Origin: Pseudomonadota bacterium
Lineage (GTDB): Bacteria; Pseudomonadota; Alphaproteobacteria; Rhodobacterales; Rhodobacteraceae
Direction of reading: 5' to 3'
Assembly: GCA_038757905.1 (NCBI GenBank)
Contig: JBCDGG010000003.1
Coordinates: 7,033-71,032 of the forward strand
Length of the DNA stretch: 64,000 nt
Below the pieces are notes generated by a model. That model saw nothing but the letters and a program-made list of their open reading frames with translations. It did not search any database and had not been told where the DNA came from. Position numbers and translations under genes: made by a program. This document shows, one piece after another, positions 1 through 9,908 of this stretch (its first letter is position 1; every line of letters starts with the position of its first letter).

Positions 1-405
1 TTCGGCATTCCCGTTCTCGCGGCCCTGAATGGCGCCCTCGGACGCCATATGTCGAGCCCCGCGGCGGCGGCGGTGATCCTCTTTGCCGTCGCGCTGATCG
101 CGACCGTCGCGGTGCTGCTGGCAACCGGGCCTGACGCGCTCTTTCGCGCGGTCGGGGCGCCCCGGCATCTGTTCCTCGGCGGGCTCCTCGTGGCCTTCTA
201 CGTGGTCGCCATCACCGCCATCGCGCCGCGCTTCGGCGTCGGCAATGCGGTATTCTTCGTTCTGCTCGGGCAGCTCGTGTCCGCCGCCGCGCTCGACCAT
301 TTTGGCCTCTTCGGCGCCCCACGCGCCCCCCTGACGCTGGAGCGCGCGGGCGGCATACTCGTCATGGCCGCGGGCGTCGCGCTGACCCAACGCTCCGGCG
401 CATAG
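1..405 (+). CDS. DMT-superfamily membrane protein, YdcZ/DUF606-like; 5' end lies outside the window
   Basis: Frame 1 is open from nt 1 (FGIPVLAALNGALGRHMSSP...) into track ORF 49..405. The product is entirely hydrophobic with GQLVSAAALDHFGLFG, typical of DUF606. Third-position GC is high. Confidence 0.65.
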   Translation, partial: FGIPVLAALNGALGRHMSSPAAAAVILFAVALIATVAVLLATGPDALFRAVGAPRHLFLGGLLVAFYVVAITAIAPRFGVGNAVFFVLLGQLVSAAALDHFGLFGAPRAPLTLERAGGILVMAAGVALTQRSGA

Positions 406-980
406 CGCCACACCGCTCCCACGGTCTGGCTGCTATCCAGGGGTCATTCGGACGGGTTGGCGCCTGGGTCCTGTCCGTGAGAAGATCGCTTGTTTGCTGC
501 CTTCCTTTCGAGGCATTGCACGCAATGATGCCAAAAGAGCGGGGTGCCTTCTCACCATTCTCTTTCCAATGCCTGGCGCGCCGATAGGCAGATGCGCATC
601 CAAAGCGGTGCTTCGGGGTGAGCTCGAACGCGGAGGTCTGGCCGACGTCGCAAAGGCGCCCGGCAGCTTGTGCCACGGCAGCGCCGCCACTCCTGCTTGA
701 CCGGTGGCCACGGCGCTCGTCTGAACGCTCGCCGCGCGGGGACGTCAGGCAGCGCGCCCGGTGATCGCCGAAGACCGGCCCACTGCGATCCGGGACTCTG
801 AGGCGCGCCGCGAGGGAGAAGACTCGCCACCCCACAGACCGTGAATAACGCGTCTGCCGATGGCCCGGCCAAAGGGTTCCGCTCCTTTCCGATGCTGTCC
901 GGCCCGCGGGAGTCGATGTCTTCTACCGGGATACGATCCTGACCCGGTGCCGGCATCGCGGCGACAGGCGCTGGGCTGCC

Positions 981-1757
981 CTATGCGCCCTCGACCAGGC
1001 GACCTCCGTCGAGGCGGACGACCCGGTCCATCCGCGCGGCAAGCTCGGGGTTGTGCGTCGCGATCAAGGCGGACAACCCCGTCTCCCGCACCAGATCCAT
1101 CAGGACGCCGAACACCGTGTCCGACGTCGCCGGGTCGAGGTTGCCGGTGGGCTCGTCGGCCAAGAGAAGCTGCGGGCGGTTTGCCAGCGCCCGGCAGAAG
1201 GCTACCCGCTGCTGCTCGCCGCCCGACATCTCCGCCGGACGGTGAAGCGCCCGCCCGGCCAGACCGACCGCGTCGAGCAGCGCGTGCGCCCGGTCCGCCG
1301 CCATGCCCTGGCCCTGTCCCGCCGCCAGTTGCGGCAGCACGATGTTCTCGGTCGCGCTGAACTCCGGCAGCAGATGGTGAAACTGATAGACGAACCCCAC
1401 CAGATCGCGCCGCGCGACCGTGCGCGCCGCATCGCCAAGCGCGCTCATCTCGCGGCCGGCAAGCCAGACCTCGCCCACATCGGCCGTGTCGAGCAGGCCC
1501 GCGATGTGCAGTAGCGTCGACTTGCCCGCACCCGACGGCGCCACCAGCGCCACCACCTCGCCCGCCGCCACGCGCAGATCGGCGCCCTCCAGCACCTGAA
1601 CCTCGCCGGGCATGCCGGGATTGTAGGACTTTCGCAGCCCCCGAAGCTCCAGAACTGTTTCAGCCACGGCCACGGCCCCTGCCCCAGCATGTGCCCCAGC
1701 CAATGCCCCGGCGCATGCCCCGGCCCGTGCCCCAGCCCAGGCCCCTGTGGCCCTCAC
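981..1757 (-). CDS. lolD: Lipoprotein-releasing system ATP-binding protein LolD
   Basis: Walker [10 protein letters not shown], signature MSGGEQQRV, Walker [13 protein letters not shown], and [10 protein letters not shown] at the N-terminus of the ABC domain. It lies directly after a LolC/E permease gene. GTG at 1757 overlaps the permease stop (GTGA). In-frame GTGs at 1673 and 1667 are alternative starts. Confidence 0.88.
   Translation of the reverse strand: MRATGAWAGARAGACAGALAGAHAGAGAVAVAETVLELRGLRKSYNPGMPGEVQVLEGADLRVAAGEVVALVAPSGAGKSTLLHIAGLLDTADVGEVWLAGREMSALGDAARTVARRDLVGFVYQFHHLLPEFSATENIVLPQLAAGQGQGMAADRAHALLDAVGLAGRALHRPAEMSGGEQQRVAFCRALANRPQLLLADEPTGNLDPATSDTVFGVLMDLVRETGLSALIATHNPELAARMDRVVRLDGGRLVEGA
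1674..1752 (-). repeat. Six tandem 12-nt units (gcccc[a/g]gc....) at the lolE/lolD junction; encode (G-A-x-A)6 if translated
   Basis: Read directly: gccccagcatgt gccccagccaat gccccggcgcat gccccggcccgt gccccagcccag gcccctgtggcc (1681-1752). Confidence 0.9.
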
Positions 1758-3058
1758 TCATAGCGCAGCGCCTCGACCGGGTTCATCCGCGCCGCACGCC
1801 GCGCGGGGAAGATCGTCACGAAGAACGACAGGCCGAGCGACAGCGACACTGCCGACATCACATCGCCGAACTCCAGCTTCGCCGGTAAAGCGTAGATGCC
1901 GCGGATCGCGGGATCCCAGACACCGCCCCCCATTGCCCAGTTCACGAAAGAAAAGATCGGGTCGATATAGATCGCGAAGAGACAGCCCAGGATCACGCCC
2001 GCCAGCGTCCCCACCAGCCCCACCGACGCGCCGCAAATGAAGAACACCCGCAGCACCGCGCCCTCGGTCAACCCCATGGTGCGCAGGATGCCGATATCGC
2101 GGCCCTTATTCTTCACCAGCATGATGAGACCCGAGATGATGTTCATCGCGGCAATCAGGACGAGGATCGACAGGATCACGAACATGACGTTGTCTTCGAC
2201 CTCCAGCGCGCGCAGGAACGCGCCCGACGCGTCGCGCCATGTCCACAGGAGCGTCCGTTCGCCCCCGGCGCGCAGAAGCGGCAACGTGTAGTCGCCCACC
2301 CTGTCGGGATCGTCGACCATCACTTCCAGCTCGTCCGCCGCCCCCTCCCGGTTGAAGTAGCTCTGCGCTTCGGCGAACGGCATGTAGAGGCGGGTCCGGT
2401 CGATGTCCCAGCGCCCGGCCTGGAAGATGTAGACCACCTCGTAACTGTTGACGCGGGGCGAGGTGCCGAAAGGCGTTCGTGCACCGTCGGGCGAGATGAG
2501 GCGGATCCGGTCGCCCGGCTGCAGCTGCAACTCCTGCGCGACCCCCCAGCCGACCGCGACCCCCTCGGCGAAGCGCGCGATCTCGCCCCGCGCGCGTTCG
2601 GGGCTTGCGACCCGTGGAATGGTCGCCAGATCGGCCGCCGCGATGCCGAACACCTCGACCCCGGCATTGCGCTGATTGGCCGTCGCCATGACCTGCCCCT
2701 TGATCAGCGGCGCGACACGGGTGACTCCCTCGACGGCACGCAGACGCTCGGCCATGGCATCGTAATCGTCGATCGTCCGATCCTGCTGGCCGGTCTCCGA
2801 GACAGCCACCGCATTGTAGACCGTGACATGGGCGTTCGCGCCGAGGATCGTGTCGACGAACTCCGCCCGGAAACCGGAACGCACCGCGAGCGTGACGATC
2901 AGCGCGAAGACGGCAAGCGTGACCCCGATCAGCGAGATCCAAGTCATCACGCTGACCCCGCCCTCGGAGCGGCGCGCGCGCAGGTAGCGCCACGCGATCA
3001 TCCATTCGTAGCGGGCAAAGGGTGGGGTGCGTCGAAAGGAATGCGGGCTGTCGGCCAA
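1754..3058 (-). CDS. Lipoprotein-releasing system transmembrane permease, LolC/LolE family
   Basis: 434-aa product with MacB/FtsX architecture: N-terminal TM ([30 protein letters not shown]), a large periplasmic domain and three C-terminal TMs. It is translationally coupled to lolD. Confidence 0.88.
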   Translation of the reverse strand: MADSPHSFRRTPPFARYEWMIAWRYLRARRSEGGVSVMTWISLIGVTLAVFALIVTLAVRSGFRAEFVDTILGANAHVTVYNAVAVSETGQQDRTIDDYDAMAERLRAVEGVTRVAPLIKGQVMATANQRNAGVEVFGIAAADLATIPRVASPERARGEIARFAEGVAVGWGVAQELQLQPGDRIRLISPDGARTPFGTSPRVNSYEVVYIFQAGRWDIDRTRLYMPFAEAQSYFNREGAADELEVMVDDPDRVGDYTLPLLRAGGERTLLWTWRDASGAFLRALEVEDNVMFVILSILVLIAAMNIISGLIMLVKNKGRDIGILRTMGLTEGAVLRVFFICGASVGLVGTLAGVILGCLFAIYIDPIFSFVNWAMGGGVWDPAIRGIYALPAKLEFGDVMSAVSLSLGLSFFVTIFPARRAARMNPVEALRYE

Positions 3059-3240
3059 GGGGCGCTCCGTTGCACGGGCTGAGTGGCGGGCGGAACGCCG
3101 CGTGCCCTCTCATGGCGTCCCCCGGCGGGGGGGTCAACCGGGGCAAGTCGGTCGGCGTGTTTTTGGCAGAGCGCGCGCCGGTTCGTTCCGGTTCCGAACC
3201 GCGCGGCTCGGCGCGATGAACGCGACGTACGCGTGTTACG

Positions 3241-3441
3241 TCAGGTGCCCGAGGAGCGGGTGGAGACGCGCAAGATCTTTGGCCCCCGGTCGAACGCGCC
3301 GGCATCTTTCTTGGCGATCAATCCGGGAAGCACCGCCCCGGCGACGATTTCGCGAACAAGCGCCCGTCGTCGCACCGCGGAAGACTCGGTCTCCGGCCGA
3401 TCTGGGCGTGGCTGTCGCCCCGTCCTGTCTTCGGTCTTCAT
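3241..3441 (-). CDS. Hypothetical small protein (66 aa from ATG 3441; track ORF starts at TTG 3453)
   Basis: The only ORF in the 600-bp lolE/DUF3445 gap. Third-position GC is lower than in neighbouring genes and I recognise no motif. Confidence 0.25.
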   Translation of the reverse strand: MKTEDRTGRQPRPDRPETESSAVRRRALVREIVAGAVLPGLIAKKDAGAFDRGPKILRVSTRSSGT

Positions 3442-3587
3442 GAGTCCCCACAATCCGGGCCTGGGTCCGACTGGCCCTCTCCTCCTCTGCCGCTTCCGAG
3501 GCTTGAGAAAGACTTCTTAGATAGTAGTCGACTTAAAGACACAGCACCGGAAACGGCTCGCCCTAAGGCTGATTCAACGAAGTGACA

Positions 3588-3605
3588 GATGCATTGATAT
3601 GCATC
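3588..3605. promoter_or_regulatory. Perfect palindrome GATGCAT-TGAT-ATGCATC in an AT-rich gap; candidate operator
   Basis: Read directly. It sits in the lowest-GC stretch (about 3515-3610) between the small ORF/lolE upstream region and the DUF3445 stop. Confidence 0.3.
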
Positions 3606-3671
3606 AAGCGCAGCGACGTCGCAGGCGCCGCAGGGGGATCGGGCACCGGCGAACTCTCGCCCAACCGCGCC

Positions 3672-4640
3672 CTACGCCCCGCTGCGCCCGTCCGTCGCAG
3701 CGTGCGCCGCTTCCGCCGCGGCTTCGCGCTGCCGGGCGAGATAGGCCGCGGCGCCCGCGGCCTGCTGGGGCGTCAGCGCGCCCCAAGGCAGCAGGCGCGT
3801 CTGGATGGAAAACACGATGGCGCGGCTCTGCGGCAGCCGCACGAAGACCTGCCGTTCGGAGCGCAGGAAGGCCGTGCCCGCGTCCAGATCTTCCACCGCG
3901 TCCGCCTCGCGCCCCGGTGTGAACAACCAGGGCGTCTCCGCACCGAGCGCGTTCATGCGCATCAGCATGCGGCCCGGGGCCAAGCCGTCCAGCAACCGCT
4001 GCACCCGTCGCGCCACCACATCGGTGTAACGGCCGACGGGGGCATGGATCCGCCGCATGGGACGGCCGAGTTTCTCGGCGAGGGACCAATGCGCGGGAAA
4101 GCACAGGACCGCCGCGGTCAGCACATGCTCCGGCGCCTCTGGCGCTTTTTCGAGGATGCAGAGATCTTCCGTAACCAGACGCCCCAGCGTGCCCAGCGGG
4201 TCTGCAGGGTCGGGCCGGACGGCGCCACCATCCGGCCGCACGATGCGCGAGGGGCCGACGTCGAAGTCCGGCCGCGCGTCGAGGGCCGCGGTGACGGTGC
4301 GATAGAGCTCATGCAGTGCCGGCCCAGCGCGGTCGAGAGCGCCGATCACCCGGCCGCGATGGCCCTCGATCAGGCGGGTGCGCAACGCCATTTGCGCGGC
4401 ATAGGCCTCGTCCACCGCGAGCCAGTCGTCCGGCTGCAGCGGCGCTGTGCCCGGCAGTCGCGCGGTATGAGGGGCATCCCAGGGCGCTGAGGCAAGGCGT
4501 TCGTGCAGCACGATATCGCGCTCCGGATCGCGGGCGATCCGACCGGCGGCGCGCCCGTCGGCCACGGGCGGGGCATCCAGTCCGCCAGCGGCGGCGGGGG
4601 CCAAGCTGTCGCCCCCCTTGTCCTTGCCCGCTTGCCGCAT
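3672..4640 (-). CDS. DUF3445 family protein (heme-dependent oxidative N-demethylase alpha-subunit-like)
   Basis: The core LVTEDLCILEK...VLTAAVLCFPAHWSLAEKLGRPMRRIHAPVGRYTDVVARRVQRLLDGL...MRMNA matches my memory of DUF3445. Start taken at ATG 4640 (MRQAGKDKG); the track ORF extends to 4778. Confidence 0.7.
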   Translation of the reverse strand: MRQAGKDKGGDSLAPAAAGGLDAPPVADGRAAGRIARDPERDIVLHERLASAPWDAPHTARLPGTAPLQPDDWLAVDEAYAAQMALRTRLIEGHRGRVIGALDRAGPALHELYRTVTAALDARPDFDVGPSRIVRPDGGAVRPDPADPLGTLGRLVTEDLCILEKAPEAPEHVLTAAVLCFPAHWSLAEKLGRPMRRIHAPVGRYTDVVARRVQRLLDGLAPGRMLMRMNALGAETPWLFTPGREADAVEDLDAGTAFLRSERQVFVRLPQSRAIVFSIQTRLLPWGALTPQQAAGAAAYLARQREAAAEAAHAATDGRSGA

Positions 4641-4839
4641 GGTGCTCGCAACCCTCCCCTGGTGCTGGCGCCGTGCCTCAACGATAAGCCGCCCCTTTGC
4701 CGATCGCCACACTTGCCCGTCGCGCGCGCGGCCTGCGCGGCGGGCAAAACGCCCCGAATCCGACGCTTTGCGCCGCAAACGGGCGGGCGGGCCGGCCCTG
4801 GCCGCAGAACCCTGCCCTTAGCCAGACGGAGCCCCCGCG

Positions 4840-6180
4840 ATGAACCTCCATTCCCGCGACCGCCGAAAGATCGACCCGACACGGGGCGCCTTCCTCGGCG
4901 ACAACACACCCAACGACGCCGACCGGGTGGAGATCGGGCCGACGCAGCTGGCCTTTCGGGAATGGGAGGCTGCGGGGCTGGATCTGCCCGACCTGCAGGC
5001 GATGCGCCGGTTCCGCTGGGAGCGGCTGACCCGGCAGATCGTGGAGCGCGATCTGGCGGGGCTTCTGGTGTTCGACCCGCTCAACATCCGCTACGCCACC
5101 GACAGCACCAACATGCAGCTGTGGAACACCCATAACCCGTTCCGCGCGCTGCTGGTCTGTGCAGATGGCTACATGGTGCTGTGGGATTACAAGCTCGCCC
5201 CCTTCCTGTCGGAGTTCAATCCGCTGGTGCGCGAGGCGCGCGGCTCGGCGTCGATGTTCTACTTCTCCACCGGCGACCGGACCGGCGACGTGGCGCGCGC
5301 CTTTGCCGGAGAGGTCGCCGAGCTGCTGCGCGAGCACGCCCCCGGCAACAAGCGGCTGGCAGTCGACAAGATCATGCTGGTCGGCGCCCGCGCGCTGGAG
5401 GCCGAAGGGTTCGAGCTGCACGACGGCGAAGAGGTCACCGAGAAGACCCGCGTCATCAAGGGACCCGACGAGATCAAGGCGATGCGCTGCGCCATCCATT
5501 CCTGCGAGCAGTCGATGGCGGCGATGGAAGACGCCGCGCGCGACGGCGTGCCCCGGGGCGGCATGAGCGAGGACGACATCTGGGCGGTGCTCCATGCCGA
5601 GAACATCCGCCGCGGCGGCGAGTGGATCGAGACGCGGCTGCTGGCCTCCGGTCCCCGAACCAATCCGTGGTTTCAGGAGAGCGGGCCACGGATCGTGCAC
5701 AACAACGAGATCGTCGGCCTCGATACCGACCTGATCGGCCCCTACGGCATCTGCACCGACATCTCGCGCACCTTCTGGATCGGCCACGCGCCGCCGCGGC
5801 CCGACATGATCTATGCCATGCGCCATGCGCACGAGCACATCATGACGAACATGGCCAATCTCGCCCCCGGCGTGACCTTCGCGGAGTTGCGCGCGCAGTG
5901 TCATCCGCTCGACGAGAAGTTCAAGAAGCGCAAGTATAGCTGCTTCATGCACGGCGTAGGCCTTTGCGATGAGTGGCCCCATCTGGATTATCCCGAAGAC
6001 GCCAAGCCCGGCGCCTTCGAAGGCGTGCTGGAGCCCGGCATGGTGCTCTGCGTCGAAGCGCTGGTGGCCGAGGATGGCGGCGATTTCTCGATCAAGCTGG
6101 AAGATCAGGTGCTGATCACCGAGGACGGCCACGAAAACCTGACCTCCTACCCGTTCGACACCGCCCTGATGGGTTGCTAG
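4840..6180 (+). CDS. dddP: Dimethylsulfoniopropionate (DMSP) lyase DddP, M24 metallopeptidase-fold
   Basis: 446 aa. RDRRKIDPTRGA.LGDNTPND.DRVEIGPTQLAF, LNIRYATDSTNMQLWNTHNPFRA, IRRGGEWIETRLLASGPRTNPWFQE and GDFSIKLEDQVLITEDG.ENLT.YPFD are blocks I recognise from roseobacter DddP. GGAG lies 8 nt upstream of the ATG. Confidence 0.88.
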   Translation: MNLHSRDRRKIDPTRGAFLGDNTPNDADRVEIGPTQLAFREWEAAGLDLPDLQAMRRFRWERLTRQIVERDLAGLLVFDPLNIRYATDSTNMQLWNTHNPFRALLVCADGYMVLWDYKLAPFLSEFNPLVREARGSASMFYFSTGDRTGDVARAFAGEVAELLREHAPGNKRLAVDKIMLVGARALEAEGFELHDGEEVTEKTRVIKGPDEIKAMRCAIHSCEQSMAAMEDAARDGVPRGGMSEDDIWAVLHAENIRRGGEWIETRLLASGPRTNPWFQESGPRIVHNNEIVGLDTDLIGPYGICTDISRTFWIGHAPPRPDMIYAMRHAHEHIMTNMANLAPGVTFAELRAQCHPLDEKFKKRKYSCFMHGVGLCDEWPHLDYPEDAKPGAFEGVLEPGMVLCVEALVAEDGGDFSIKLEDQVLITEDGHENLTSYPFDTALMGC

Positions 6181-6397
6181 CCACGGCGCCGCGCCGCTTG
6201 CGGCCGGGCCGCAGTGCAAAGGCGGGCCGTGATCATTATCCGCTCACCTTCCAAATCGCCCGCCAAGTGGGCCGCGTTAGGGACCGGGGTGCGTTCGCGC
6301 TGACAGCGCCGCCGGGGGGCATCCGCCCTCCCAGAGCGCCTGCCATATGACGGGCGAGCCTGCACGGGCGTCACCGGGCTCCCCTGCTCCGCAGCGC

Positions 6398-7636
6398 TCA
6401 GCCCCGGATGGAGACCGCCGCCTGATAGGCGTCCAACTCGCGGATCAGGGGAAGGCCCGTCGGCACCTCGTGCCGCGCGCAGAACTCCGACCACACCGCC
6501 CCGAACGGCAAATCCTTGACCTCCTCGGTCAGGGTCAGGCGCGCGGTGAAATCGAGCGCGGCCTCCGCCGCCTTCAGCCGGTCCATCGGTGCGAGCAAAG
6601 CCGCGAGCAGTGCCTTCTGCATGTTCCGCGTGCCGATCACCCAGGCCGCCGTCCGGCTGATCGTGGCATCGAAGAAGTCGAGGCCGATATGGGTGCGCTC
6701 AAGCAGATCCGCCGCAACCAGTTCGAAGGCCATGGCGCGGATATCGTCGCCCAGCAAGATCACATGATCGCTGTCCCACCGCATCGGGCGCGACACATGC
6801 AGCAGCAACTCGTCGAGCGACAGGGCGACGGCGCTCAGCTTATCGGCAATGTCCTCGGTCGGGTGAAAATGGCCCATGTCCAGGCACAGAAGCGTCCCCT
6901 TGCGGATCGCGTAGCCCAGGTAGAACTCGTGGCTGCCCACGGTGCAGGCCTCGACCCCGATGCCGAACAGCTTGCTCTCGACGGCATCCAGCATGTGGCG
7001 GCGATCCAGGGGCGCGGCCAGCATTGCATCCAGCGCTTGCTCCAGCCGGGCGCGGGCGGCGCTCCGGTCGACGGGCGTGTCCTTGTACCCGTCCGGGACC
7101 CAGATGTTGTTGACCGCGGGCGCGCCCAGCTCCGCCCCCATCCGGGCGGCGATGTCGCGGGTGCGCTTCCCGTGCTCGATCCAGAAATTGCGAATGCCGG
7201 GATCGGGATGAGACAGCGTCAGGTTGTCGTCCGCTTTCTCATGGGCAAAGAACGTGGGGTTGAAATCGAGCCCGAGGCCCTGCGCCCTGGCCCAGTCGAC
7301 CCAGGGGGCGAAGTGGCTGTACTCGATCTCGTCCCGGTCCGGCGCCGCGTCGGTGTCCATATACATCGCGTGCAGGTTCAGACGGTGGCGGCCCGGGATC
7401 AGCGCATAGGAGAACTCCAGATCGCGGCGCAACTCGTCCGGGGTGCGGGCCCGGCCGGGGTGGTTTCCCGTGGCCTGAATGCCCCCGCCCGAGCTGCCCG
7501 TGCGCGCCTCGAACCCGATCACGTCGTCGCCCTGCCAGCAATGCATCGAGATGGGGATCGACGCCAGCCGCGTCAGCGCCGCTTCGGTATCTACCTCCCA
7601 CTCGGCGAAAGCCGCCTTCGCGCTGTCATAGGTCAT
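6398..7636 (-). CDS. rhaI: L-rhamnose isomerase
   Basis: LASIPISMHCWQGDDV.GFE and later blocks resemble RhaA/RhaI. Start taken at MTYDS (7636), 10 nt after the rhaD stop. Confidence 0.88.
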   Translation of the reverse strand: MTYDSAKAAFAEWEVDTEAALTRLASIPISMHCWQGDDVIGFEARTGSSGGGIQATGNHPGRARTPDELRRDLEFSYALIPGRHRLNLHAMYMDTDAAPDRDEIEYSHFAPWVDWARAQGLGLDFNPTFFAHEKADDNLTLSHPDPGIRNFWIEHGKRTRDIAARMGAELGAPAVNNIWVPDGYKDTPVDRSAARARLEQALDAMLAAPLDRRHMLDAVESKLFGIGVEACTVGSHEFYLGYAIRKGTLLCLDMGHFHPTEDIADKLSAVALSLDELLLHVSRPMRWDSDHVILLGDDIRAMAFELVAADLLERTHIGLDFFDATISRTAAWVIGTRNMQKALLAALLAPMDRLKAAEAALDFTARLTLTEEVKDLPFGAVWSEFCARHEVPTGLPLIRELDAYQAAVSIRG

Positions 7637-7646
7637 CGCGGCCCCC

Positions 7647-9749
7647 TCAGCGTGTGAAAGCCTGGGGATTGCCCGCATCCACGTTCAGAATGTTGCCCGT
7701 GGACTTGCCCGAGACCTCCGCGGCGAAGAAGTAGCAGGCCTCGGCAATATCCTCCGGCAGGACGGAGCGCTTGAGGAGCGAGCGTTGTCGGTACATCTCC
7801 TCCAGTCCCTGCTTGTCCGTGCCATAGGTATCGGCCCGCTGCGCCAGCCACTCGCCCTCCCAGATCTTCGAGCCGCGCAACACGGCGTCGGGGTTCACGA
7901 CGTTGACGCGGATCCCGGCCTCGGCCCCCTCCAGCGCCAGACAGCGGGCGAGGTGGATCTCGCTGGCCTTGGCGGTGCAATAGGCCGAGGCGTTGGGCGA
8001 AGCCGCCAAGCCGTTCTTGGAGGCGACGAACACGATGGAGCCGCCCATATCCTGCACCCGCATCAGGCGGAACGCCTCGCGGCTGACAAGGAAATACCCC
8101 GTCGCCAGCACATCCATGTTCTGGGTCCAGAGGGCGAGCGTGGTGTCCTCGATCGCGGCGGCCGAAGCGATCCCCGCGTTCGACACCAGAATGTCCACCC
8201 CGCCGAACGCCACCGCCGCCTCTGCAAATGCCGCCGCCACGGCCGCTTCCTCGGTGACGTTCACGGCGACGGAGCGGACGACGTCGTCTCCGAAGCGGGC
8301 GGCAAGATCGTCATGCGCGCGCTGCAGCGCCGTTTCGTTGATGTCGGCCAGCATCACGCAGGCGCCCTCCGCCAGATAGCGCGCGGCCGTGGCCGAGCCG
8401 ATCCCGCCGGCGCCGCCCGTCACCAGGGCGATGCGGCCCGCCAAGGATCTCGGCTTCGGCATCCGCTGCAGCTTTGCCTCCTCAAGCTGCCAGTACTCGA
8501 TGTCGAACGCTTCCTGTTCCGGCAGGCCGCGATAGGCGCTCACGGCCGACGCACCGCGCATGACGTTGATCGCGTTGACGTAGAACTCGCCCGAGATGCG
8601 CGCCGTCGCCTTGTCCTTGGCAAAGGTGATCATGCCCACCCCGGGAACGAGGTAGACCACGGCATTTGGATCGCGCATCGCGGGGCTATCGGGGCGCTTG
8701 CACCGCTCGTAGTAGGCCCTGTGCTGGTCGCGGTAGGACGCGATCTGCGCGGGCAGGCGGGCGATGACCTCGTCCAGCTCGCCTTTGGCCGGATCGAACT
8801 CCACCACGAGCGGGCTGATCTTGGTGCGCAGGAAGTGATCCGGACAGGACGTGCCGAGCGCCGCGAGCGGCGCCATGTCCCGGGCATTTACGAACTCCAA
8901 CACCGCGTCGCTGTCGTTGAAGTGTCCGACCATGGGATGCTGGCTCGACACGAAGCCCCGGATCGCGGGCATCAGCCGTGCGGCGACGGCGCGGCGCTCC
9001 GCGGGCGGCAGGCTTTCGCATCTAGCACCGCCGAAGGCCGGGATATCGGCGGTTCTTTCGGCGAGCCAAGCAGTGGCGACGTTGATCGTGTCGATGGTGG
9101 TGTCGTAGCAGGCGCGCGCCGTGTCGCCCCAGGTGAACAGGCCATGGCTCTCCAGCACGACCCCATCGGCATCGGGGTGTTCGCGGCAGAACCGTTCGAG
9201 CCAGAGCCCCAGCTCGAAGCCCGGGCGCTTCCAGGGCAACCACCCGATCCGGCCGCCGAAGACCTCCGCGGTCAGGGCTTCGGACTTGGCCGCAGCGGCC
9301 AGCGCGATCACCGCATCGGCATGGACATGATCGACATGCTTGCGCGGCACGAACGCATGGAGTGGCGTGTCGATGGAGGCCGCCCGCGGGTTCAGGCCGA
9401 ACGTGCAGTGCGGCAGGTAGCCGACCATCTCGTCCTCATACGCCACCCCGCGATAGAGCGGCTTCAGGGCCTGCAGCTTGTCCATGTAGAGCGTGGCGAA
9501 CCCGTCGAGCGTCATTGAACCGATGTCGCCCCCCGATCCCTTGACCCAAAGTACCTCGACCCGCTCGCCGGTGAGCGGGTCGGTCTCCGCGACCTTGGCC
9601 GAGGTGTTGCCGCCGCCGTAATTGGTGACGCGCTTATCCGCCCCCAGAAGGTTCGAGCGATAAAGCAGCAGCTCCGATTCGCTCAGCCCATCGGCGCTCG
9701 CCGCGTCCCACCGGTTCGCAAGAAGCTGATTTTCGATGGTTTTGAGCAT
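7647..9749 (-). CDS. rhaD: Bifunctional rhamnulose-1-phosphate aldolase / short-chain dehydrogenase
   Basis: About 700 aa. N-terminal class II aldolase-like domain (YRSNLLGADKRVTNYGGGNTSAK) and C-terminal SDR (VTGGAGGIGSATA ... YCTAKA). Start at MLKTIENQ (9749). Confidence 0.88.
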   Translation of the reverse strand: MLKTIENQLLANRWDAASADGLSESELLLYRSNLLGADKRVTNYGGGNTSAKVAETDPLTGERVEVLWVKGSGGDIGSMTLDGFATLYMDKLQALKPLYRGVAYEDEMVGYLPHCTFGLNPRAASIDTPLHAFVPRKHVDHVHADAVIALAAAAKSEALTAEVFGGRIGWLPWKRPGFELGLWLERFCREHPDADGVVLESHGLFTWGDTARACYDTTIDTINVATAWLAERTADIPAFGGARCESLPPAERRAVAARLMPAIRGFVSSQHPMVGHFNDSDAVLEFVNARDMAPLAALGTSCPDHFLRTKISPLVVEFDPAKGELDEVIARLPAQIASYRDQHRAYYERCKRPDSPAMRDPNAVVYLVPGVGMITFAKDKATARISGEFYVNAINVMRGASAVSAYRGLPEQEAFDIEYWQLEEAKLQRMPKPRSLAGRIALVTGGAGGIGSATAARYLAEGACVMLADINETALQRAHDDLAARFGDDVVRSVAVNVTEEAAVAAAFAEAAVAFGGVDILVSNAGIASAAAIEDTTLALWTQNMDVLATGYFLVSREAFRLMRVQDMGGSIVFVASKNGLAASPNASAYCTAKASEIHLARCLALEGAEAGIRVNVVNPDAVLRGSKIWEGEWLAQRADTYGTDKQGLEEMYRQRSLLKRSVLPEDIAEACYFFAAEVSGKSTGNILNVDAGNPQAFTR

Positions 9750-9822
9750 GAACTCCTCCCAGTCGGCGCGGGGCGCCTGATGCAATCCGTCGATCCGACG
9801 CTGCGGATGCTTCGGTCAGAAG

Positions 9823-9908
9823 TCAATCAGTTTCAATCATGATTGATCGTGCTGCACCGCAGAATGATTGAACTTGATCGTTTGTGATTGACAGGATTCG
9901 CGAATCCT
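9823..9908. promoter_or_regulatory. Divergent rhaD/rhaR control region with five TGATTGA/TCAATCA heptamers and a 16-bp palindrome
   Basis: TCAATCA at 9823 and 9833. TGATTGA at 9840, 9865 and 9885. 9833-9846 is the perfect palindrome TCAATCATGATTGA. AGGATTCGCGAATCCT lies at 9893-9908. This is the AT-richest stretch of the locus. Confidence 0.55.

Noticed and set aside
4678-6219. Very long ORFs antisense to, or out of frame with, clearly identified genes. Examples: 4678..6219 (-) opposite dddP, 22054..24039 (-), 24841..27621 (+, 926 aa), 41502..44084 (-, 860 aa), 44223..46196 (-), 52767..55889 (+, 1040 aa), 7785..9518 (+).
   Set aside because: These are typical shadow ORFs of high-GC DNA. Their products are Arg/Gly/Ala/Pro/His-rich with no motifs. 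The opposite-strand or alternative-frame product in each case has unmistakable family signatures and higher third-position GC.
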